Assembly: GCF_003334335.1 (NCBI RefSeq)
Contig: NZ_QOWQ01000044.1
Length of the DNA: 35,113 nucleotides
Strand: one strand, 5' to 3'
Source of the DNA: Escherichia coli
GTDB taxonomy: Bacteria > Pseudomonadota > Gammaproteobacteria > Enterobacterales > Enterobacteriaceae
Shown: one piece after another, positions 28,634 to 35,113 of the stretch
How the letters are laid out: every line of letters begins with the position of its first letter
How positions within the stretch are numbered: position 1 is the first letter of the stretch
Made by a program: the position numbers and the translations under genes
Notes under the pieces: generated by a model
The model's input: the letters and a program-made list of their open reading frames with translations, nothing else
Told to the model about the DNA's origin: nothing
Database searches by the model: none

Positions 28634-29305
28634 ATGATGCAGTTAGTTCACTTATTTATGGATGAAATCACTATGGATCCTTTGCATGCCGTTTACCTGA
28701 CCGTAGGACTGTTCGTGATTACTTTTTTTAATCCGGGAGCCAATCTCTTTGTGGTAGTACAAACCAGCCTGGCTTCCGGTCGACGCGCAGGGGTGCTGAC
28801 CGGGCTGGGCGTGGCGCTGGGCGATGCATTTTATTCCGGGTTGGGTTTGTTTGGTCTTGCAACGCTAATTACGCAGTGTGAGGAGATTTTTTCGCTTATC
28901 AGAATCGTCGGCGGCGCTTATCTCTTATGGTTTGCGTGGTGCAGCATGCGCCGCCAGTCAACACCGCAAATGAGCACACTACAACAACCGATTAGCGCCC
29001 CCTGGTATGTCTTTTTTCGCCGCGGATTAATTACCGATCTCTCTAACCCGCAAACCGTTTTATTTTTTATCAGTATTTTCTCAGTAACATTAAATGCCGA
29101 AACACCAACATGGGCACGTTTAATGGCCTGGGCGGGGATTGTGCTCGCATCAATTATCTGGCGAGTTTTTCTTAGTCAGGCGTTTTCTTTGCCCGCTGTG
29201 CGTCGTGCTTATGGGCGTATGCAACGCGTTGCCAGTCGGGTTATTGGTGCAATTATTGGTGTATTCGCGCTACGCCTGATTTACGAAGGGGTGACGCAGC
29301 GGTGA
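28634..29305 (+). CDS. yahN: LysE/RhtB-family amino-acid exporter
   Basis: 223-aa hydrophobic ORF; family call from recognition of the sequence and of the K-12 gene order. Confidence 0.82.
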   Translation: MMQLVHLFMDEITMDPLHAVYLTVGLFVITFFNPGANLFVVVQTSLASGRRAGVLTGLGVALGDAFYSGLGLFGLATLITQCEEIFSLIRIVGGAYLLWFAWCSMRRQSTPQMSTLQQPISAPWYVFFRRGLITDLSNPQTVLFFISIFSVTLNAETPTWARLMAWAGIVLASIIWRVFLSQAFSLPAVRRAYGRMQRVASRVIGAIIGVFALRLIYEGVTQR

Positions 29306-29321
29306 GCAGATAATTTACTCT

Positions 29322-29567
29322 CTACGTAATCAACCTGATTTGCCGAATCACGGCCATCGGCGATGATAGCCCCCGTAATGCGTGGTCCTTATTTCCGATA
29401 AGTTTACTTGAGTCTTTAGCTTCCCATTTCAGCCCACTCTCCCCTGTGTGGGCTTTTTTCATTGGTCTGCCCCATCCTGAATAGCCAAACAATGGCAATG
29501 TTCCACGTTGCAGGGATGATAATAAGGGGATCTGATTCAGAAGAGTTTTGAAAAGTTGGACCGCCAT
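29322..29567 (-). CDS. yahM: small protein of unknown function
   Basis: ORF track gives 91 aa from 29597; Met at 29567 gives 81 aa, matching the yahM length I recall; no recognisable domain, so coding status is the weakest in the window. Confidence 0.55.
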   Translation of the reverse strand: MAVQLFKTLLNQIPLLSSLQRGTLPLFGYSGWGRPMKKAHTGESGLKWEAKDSSKLIGNKDHALRGLSSPMAVIRQIRLIT

Positions 29568-29979
29568 CGAGGCCTCGAACCCCGTACCATACAACAATCC
29601 TGGTTGTCGTCTGCTCTTCCTGATGAGCTAATGGCGGTTTTTGATATGAGCCTTACAGCATATTTTCTGTCAGGCTTGAGTGCGATGCGTAAGATACAGA
29701 AAAGACCCCACACAAACATGATGGAATTATGATTTTTTTCATATGAATGTCAACCAACACATTCACAAAACATCTGCATGAGATCATTTTTTATACACCG
29801 CATGGCTGCGAAACCACTACTGGTGCTTTTTTAAGCGAAGTGTCGCCGATCACAACAAAATATCGGCGAAAAAAGAGATGGAATGCCAGTTGGCATACAG
29901 ATATACAGATGAAATGATTACCTGCATTGCGATTCACTCTCAGGTGGAATAACAACTTGCAGGTGGAACCCTTTCTGAA

Positions 29980-30795
29980 CTAAAGAGTGTAGCGGATTTT
30001 AACGTGCTTATTTACAGGATAATATCTGTCACCTAATTCCTGCACTCTATTAGATATCCATTCATTTAATCGCGCATCATCTCTGTATGTTTTTACGTCC
30101 AGAACAGAGAGCAATAACATCACCAGTGATTCAGGAAAAACAGGGTAGATATTTTTTAAGTGTAATAATAATCCATGCGCAAGCGCCTGCTTAATGGGCG
30201 CGTCTGTCTCCGGAATAGACGACATTTCGCGAAGCCATTTTTCCACATGCATACACTCTTTCCCTTTAGGGAAAATTCTCAGCAAAGGCATATGGTATTC
30301 AAGAAGAATACATTTGCAATCTGTTCGCACTGAATCGATAAACTGCACTAATTTCTTAAGCCCGGTAAAGCGTCCAGCCTGCACGTTTGCTTTAATATCA
30401 AGAAACGCATCATCCTGGTCATATACCCAAACTGTCCCTTTTTGATTTTCAAGTATGTGAAAAACAAACTTAACCGGGTGATCAGGGTAATCCATCCAGT
30501 CATAAAATCCAGGGAAATCATTAAACTGCACATTTATGGTGAGTGCGTTATCGTCTGACCACTCACAGTCTCGTACGGCAGCCATGAGATGAATGAGTTT
30601 GTCGTCATCGACTAAATCATCACGACAATCATAAGGATAATCATAATATTGTTTAATCAAAACCTTGAATATATCGACACAGGAAACCAGGGAGCTTTTG
30701 ATATCCTCTGGTAACTGATTGTTTTTAACCGTATTAAGTATGCTTTGTTGCGTATATGGCATCAAATTATTGTGCGGAGCTTTTAATGATATCAT
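29980..30795 (-). CDS. yahL: protein of unknown function
   Basis: 271-aa ORF in a visibly AT-rich stretch; no motif I recognise; acidic and Cys-containing N-terminal half. Confidence 0.8.
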   Translation of the reverse strand: MISLKAPHNNLMPYTQQSILNTVKNNQLPEDIKSSLVSCVDIFKVLIKQYYDYPYDCRDDLVDDDKLIHLMAAVRDCEWSDDNALTINVQFNDFPGFYDWMDYPDHPVKFVFHILENQKGTVWVYDQDDAFLDIKANVQAGRFTGLKKLVQFIDSVRTDCKCILLEYHMPLLRIFPKGKECMHVEKWLREMSSIPETDAPIKQALAHGLLLHLKNIYPVFPESLVMLLLSVLDVKTYRDDARLNEWISNRVQELGDRYYPVNKHVKIRYTL

Positions 30796-30962
30796 CGCGA
30801 TCTCTCTTAAATAAAAATAAACGTCGCAGATAATAAAGCTCTGATTAAACCAGGCACTATCAGAAATCGCTCATAACTAACGTGTGAAGTATTGTGTACT
30901 GGAGGGCGTTAATTTAACAATTTAAATTTACGTTATAGGTTTTACTGCTACTTTGATATTAT

Positions 30963-31000
30963 TTCGCTCTCCTTAACTAAAAAGTTAAGTGGAGAGCGAA
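30963..31000. other. 38-bp near-perfect palindrome between yahK and yahL
   Basis: ttcgctctcc ttaac taaaaa gttaa gt ggagagcgaa: 10-bp outer stem plus 5-bp inner stem; 38 bp beyond the yahK stop; no adjacent U-tract, so not a canonical intrinsic terminator. Confidence 0.7.
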
Positions 31001-31037
31001 GTTAATATGTTAAACCACAGGGTATTTATTAATTTTT

Positions 31038-32087
31038 TCAGTCTGTTAGTGTGCGATTATCGATAACAAAACGATATTTCACATCACCGCGCAGCATTCG
31101 CTCATAGGCTTCATTAATTTGATCGGCCCGAATCATCTCTATATCAGCCACGATGCCATGTTCGGCGCAAAAATCGAGCATCTCCTGAGTTTCTGGAATG
31201 CCGCCAATCATAGAACCGGCTATCGCACGGCGTTTCATGATCAGGTTGAAAACTTCCGGCGATTTATGCGGTGTCGCAGGCGCACCAACCAGCGTCATGG
31301 TGCCATCACGCTTCAGCAAGGTGGTAAAATCGTCGAGATTATGTGGCGCAGCTACTGTATTCAAAATGAAATCGAAACTCTTCAGATGAGCCGCCATCTC
31401 ATCGGCATTGCGTGAGTTAACAACTTCATCGGCCCCCAGGGCTTTTGCCGCTTCGCGTTTTGCCTCAGAAGTGGTAAATGCCACCACATGTGCCCCCATC
31501 GCGTGGGCCAGCTTAATCCCCATATGTCCCAGACCGCCGATGCCGACCACGCCCACTTTTTTACCCGGCCCGGCCTGCCAGTGACGTAGCGGCGAATACG
31601 TGGTGATCCCTGCACACAACAAAGGAGCCACCGCCGCCAGCTGCTCTTGCGGGTGACGAATACGCAGAACATATCGCTCATGAACGACGATCTGTTGTGA
31701 GTAGCCGCCCAGAGTATGGCCCGGTTCGTCCGGCGTCGGCGAGTTATAGGTGCCGGTCATGTGATCACAGTAGTTTTCCAACCCGTCTTCACACTCTTCG
31801 CAATGTTTACAACTGTCGACAATGCAGCCGACACCGACCAGATCGCCCGGCGCATATTTTTCTACCTGATCACCAACGGCTACCACACGCCCCACAATTT
31901 CATGACCCGGCACGCAGGGGTAAACCGTCCCCGCCCACTCGGAACGGACCTGGTGGAGATCGGAATGGCAAACGCCACAGTAAGCGATTTCGATTTTGAC
32001 ATCATTCGGTCCCGGTTCACGCCGGGTGATATCCATCGGTTCAAGTGGTTGTTTAGCGGAATATGCACCAACAGCTTTGATCTTCAT
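31038..32087 (-). CDS. yahK: NADPH-dependent aldehyde reductase (zinc-type alcohol dehydrogenase)
   Basis: 349-aa ORF with the zinc-ADH signature GHEIVGRV, structural-zinc cysteine cluster and GxGGLG cofactor loop. Confidence 0.94.
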   Translation of the reverse strand: MKIKAVGAYSAKQPLEPMDITRREPGPNDVKIEIAYCGVCHSDLHQVRSEWAGTVYPCVPGHEIVGRVVAVGDQVEKYAPGDLVGVGCIVDSCKHCEECEDGLENYCDHMTGTYNSPTPDEPGHTLGGYSQQIVVHERYVLRIRHPQEQLAAVAPLLCAGITTYSPLRHWQAGPGKKVGVVGIGGLGHMGIKLAHAMGAHVVAFTTSEAKREAAKALGADEVVNSRNADEMAAHLKSFDFILNTVAAPHNLDDFTTLLKRDGTMTLVGAPATPHKSPEVFNLIMKRRAIAGSMIGGIPETQEMLDFCAEHGIVADIEMIRADQINEAYERMLRGDVKYRFVIDNRTLTD

Positions 32088-32463
32088 TGTGTTTACTCCT
32101 GATTAGCTATGTGTATTTGGCAACGCCTGATATGTCATCGCGGCAAAACGCGTCCATTGAATATAGCCAATATTTAAACCACCCGATCCAGCCCCAACAT
32201 GCCGCGAGCCTGAATGAAACAGAGCAGCAACGTTCCCCATAAGGCGAGCGCCTGTAAGTGTGATATTTGCTATCTGTAAAAGACTAAAATCGGCAAAACT
32301 GATGATCTTTTCACGTAGACAAATAGTTATCTACACAACGTCAATAAGGGCATATTCCTCAAAGATAATGTCCATTTCTGCCGACACACTCATATTCAGA
32401 TTGCCCCACTCCCTGGGGCTTAAATCTCTTACTATTCACCGTTGCAGGCGTTTCAAATGCGCA

Positions 32464-33846
32464 TCAACCTGCCACACTCCCCCACACCAGTTGCCCTTTA
32501 TGGAACGTTGCGGTTCTCGGCGAGATACGCGCCACCGCCTCGGCGGAACAGGAGGCGTCCACCAGCACAAAGCTGGCGTCATCCTGCGCTTTTGGCCATA
32601 CACGCTCGCCTTTTTCATTCAGCGGCAATACATCGCCAGTGGCTAAAAACAGCGAGCGGGAGAGGTTCTGTTCGTTAGGACGAATATAGAGCTGCGCGTA
32701 CAGATTGGCTTTTTCCAGCATGTCGCCCAGACCATAAGGCGACCAGTGGTCGATAACGCTGTCAGTGCCAGTCATCACTTTTACGCCTTTGTCGTGCAAC
32801 TGTTTGAGCGGCATATGCAGCGTGCCAATCGGCACCGTCGAGGCGATAGAAATTTGTTGCACCACCATCCGGTTCGCCAGTTCATCTACCTGTTGCTCGT
32901 TGAGCGTTGCCAGCGCAAAGGCGTGACTGATGGTCAGCTTGCCCTTCAGCTGTGGCGTTTTCTCTACCGTTTCAACCATATAATTGATGGCTGCCACGCC
33001 TGCCGGAGTGGTTTCGTGCAGGTGAATATCGACGCCTTTGTCGTAGTCCAGCGCAATCTGGAACATGGTGTCGAGGGATTTTTCCATCGCGCCATCAACA
33101 CTGGTCGGGTCCAGGCCGCCGACGTAATGCGCCCCCGCCTGCATCGCTTCACGCATTAAAGGTTCAGATTTCGACAGCAGCAAACCGTGCTGCGGGAAGG
33201 CGACGATTTCACACTCAAAGCCCGCCTGACGTCGCGCCAGCACCGCCTGCAAATTTTGCAGATTTTTCAGGCCGGAAACCGGTTCGATATTGCAGTGGCT
33301 GCGGGCAATGGTGGTGCCTTTCGACTGCAATAAATCAATCAGTTTTTCTGCCCGCTCCTGAGTGTACGGTTGCAGTTCCGGCAGCATTTTCTGCTCGAGT
33401 TTGATCATGTCCTGGATGGTGGTGCCTGCCGGACGATTGAGCGAGCGCCACGGCCCGCCGTAAAAGGTTTTGTCGAGATGAATATGCATGTCGCGGGTGG
33501 TGGGCAGCATCAGCTTACCGCCAGCGTCATAGTGCGGCAGCGTGGCGTCCGGATGCAGCTTGTTCTCGCGCAGGGCGACAATTTTGCCGTCCTGAATCTC
33601 CACGGTCTGGCGCGCCGTGCGGGTCTGCACCGCCACGCCATTTTCGTAGTCAAAACCGGTTTCCAGCAGCACGTTATCGAGATAGTAATGCGGGTCAGTG
33701 ATTTTCATGGTGTTGTTCGCTTCGCAGTTTAGGGTGCCAGCTACCGCCGCATGGGCGAGCGGCACAGAGGTACCAAACAGCGCGGCGGCGGTGACCATCT
33801 TACCGCTCTGGCTCAGAAATTCACGGCGGCTATTGCTTTCTTTCAT
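32464..33846 (-). CDS. yahJ: amidohydrolase-superfamily deaminase with Tat-type signal peptide
   Basis: 460-aa ORF; N-terminus MKESNSRREFLSQSGKMVTAAALFGTSVPLAHA has a twin-arginine motif, hydrophobic core and AHA cleavage site; HIHLD metal motif shared with CodA. Confidence 0.9.
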   Translation of the reverse strand: MKESNSRREFLSQSGKMVTAAALFGTSVPLAHAAVAGTLNCEANNTMKITDPHYYLDNVLLETGFDYENGVAVQTRTARQTVEIQDGKIVALRENKLHPDATLPHYDAGGKLMLPTTRDMHIHLDKTFYGGPWRSLNRPAGTTIQDMIKLEQKMLPELQPYTQERAEKLIDLLQSKGTTIARSHCNIEPVSGLKNLQNLQAVLARRQAGFECEIVAFPQHGLLLSKSEPLMREAMQAGAHYVGGLDPTSVDGAMEKSLDTMFQIALDYDKGVDIHLHETTPAGVAAINYMVETVEKTPQLKGKLTISHAFALATLNEQQVDELANRMVVQQISIASTVPIGTLHMPLKQLHDKGVKVMTGTDSVIDHWSPYGLGDMLEKANLYAQLYIRPNEQNLSRSLFLATGDVLPLNEKGERVWPKAQDDASFVLVDASCSAEAVARISPRTATFHKGQLVWGSVAG

Positions 33847-33855
33847 CTTAAGTCC

Positions 33856-34806
33856 TTACGTTTTAATAATATGAGTGCCCGTTTCGCCGCGCAGCGCCGC
33901 AGGCAGGCATTCCGGCGTGGTGATAATCACTTCTTTGCCGCCTTGTTCTAAAAATGTCAGGCTGGCGATGATTTTTGGCAACATGCTGCCGGGCGGGAAA
34001 TGCCCTTCCTGCATATAGCGGGTCATGGTGGCAATATCCACCCGATCGAGCGCCTGCTGCTGCGGTTTGCCAAAGTGAATACACACTTTTTCGACGCCAG
34101 TGGTGATCACAAGAATGTCGGCGTGAATTTCACGGGCCAGCAGCGCGGTAGAGAGATCTTTGTCGATAACCGCGTCCACGCTTTGGTAATCTCCCGCGTC
34201 AGTACGCACTACCGGAATTCCACCGCCGCCCGCGCCAATTACGACAAAACCTTGTTGGATCAGCGCTTTAATGGCAGGTGCTTCGACAATACGTTTCGGT
34301 TCCGGCGAGGCGACCACGCGGCGATAGCCCCGCCCGGCATCTTCAACAAAACACCAGTCAGGGTTTGCCTTTTGTAATTCGTCACGCTGGCTGTCACTAA
34401 AGAATGCGCCGATGGGCTTGGTGGGATGGGCAAAACCTGGATCGTTTTTATCCACTTCCACCTGAGTCACCACGGTGACGGCTTTCTTCTCGCCGTGACG
34501 CGCCAGCCGGTTATTCAGCGCCTGTTGGATCAGATAGCCGATGCCGCCCTGCGTATCTGCCACACAGTTCGCCAGCGGCGTTAAGGGCAGCCCTTCGCGC
34601 TTGTGGGCAATCTCCGCACGGCGTAAATCCAGCCCGACCTGCGGCCCGTTGCCGTGGGTCAGCACAATGTCGTAATCGGAAGCCAGCATTTCCAGCACCG
34701 TATCGGCGACGGCTTTCACCGCCTCCGCCTGATGCTCAATCGACTGGCTGGCGTTATCTTTGATAATGCTGTTGCCACCAATGGCAACGACCACAAGCTC
34801 TTTCAT
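33856..34806 (-). CDS. yahI: carbamate kinase-like protein
   Basis: 316-aa ORF beginning MKELVVVAIGGNS... (amino-acid kinase fold); stop lies 9 bp upstream of the yahJ start, so the two are probably co-transcribed. Confidence 0.92.
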   Translation of the reverse strand: MKELVVVAIGGNSIIKDNASQSIEHQAEAVKAVADTVLEMLASDYDIVLTHGNGPQVGLDLRRAEIAHKREGLPLTPLANCVADTQGGIGYLIQQALNNRLARHGEKKAVTVVTQVEVDKNDPGFAHPTKPIGAFFSDSQRDELQKANPDWCFVEDAGRGYRRVVASPEPKRIVEAPAIKALIQQGFVVIGAGGGGIPVVRTDAGDYQSVDAVIDKDLSTALLAREIHADILVITTGVEKVCIHFGKPQQQALDRVDIATMTRYMQEGHFPPGSMLPKIIASLTFLEQGGKEVIITTPECLPAALRGETGTHIIKT

Positions 34807-34855
34807 GTTGTTATGTCCGCTACAGAGGGTGATGGGGTTATGACCAACGCCAGAC

Positions 34856-35113
34856 TGCCTGATGCGCTACGCTTATCAGGCCTACAATTCTCGCGCCACT
34901 CGTAGGCCGGATAAGGCGTTCACGCCGCATCCGGCAATGGTGACAAATGCCTGATGCGCTACGCTTATCAGGCCTACAGATTCTCGCGCCACTCGTAGGC
35001 CGGATAAGGCGTCCACGCCGCATCCGGCAGTGGTGGCAAATGCCTGATGCGCTACGCTTATCAGGCCTACAGATTCTTGCGCCATTCGTAGGCCGGATAA
35101 GGCGTTCACGCCG
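34856..35113. repeat. Tandem BIME array (92-93-bp period) upstream of yahI
   Basis: Unit starts at 34856, 34948 and 35041; array is truncated by the window end. Confidence 0.9.

Noticed and set aside
29610-29625. ctgatgag motif resembling a hammerhead ribozyme core
   Set aside because: Short motif with no surrounding conserved helices; almost certainly chance.
29537-29719. 60-aa minus-strand ORF overlapping the yahM start
   Set aside because: It overlaps the better-supported yahM frame and extends into the AT-rich spacer; no start context or homology.

Overview
This window reads as a contiguous piece of an Escherichia coli K-12-like chromosome, in reverse orientation to the usual reference numbering, and I see no novel or undescribed system in it. 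It carries, in order: the mhp 3-(3-hydroxyphenyl)propionate operon (mhpEFDCBA on the minus strand, mhpR divergent), lacI and lacZYA, the cyanate operon cynXST with divergent cynR, codBA, the methylcitrate-cycle operon prpEDCB with divergent sigma54 activator prpR, and the poorly characterised yahO-yahN-yahM-yahL-yahK-yahJ-yahI genes. Gene identities come from my recognition of the translated ORFs and from exact agreement of gene lengths and spacings with what I recall of K-12; no search was run. There is no integrase, transposase, IS element, phage gene, CRISPR array or recognisable defence or toxin module. The operons are separated by REP/BIME palindromic repeat arrays, and both window ends fall inside such arrays. 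The points worth a second look are: a 200-bp tandem duplication carrying the 3' end of cynR; a 3 x 93-bp BIME array inside the prp operon that I believe is one unit shorter than the K-12 reference; a single-base difference at position -1 of the lac promoter; a Tat-type signal peptide on the YahJ amidohydrolase; and the AT-rich orphan gene yahL. All reference comparisons are from memory and need alignment to confirm.
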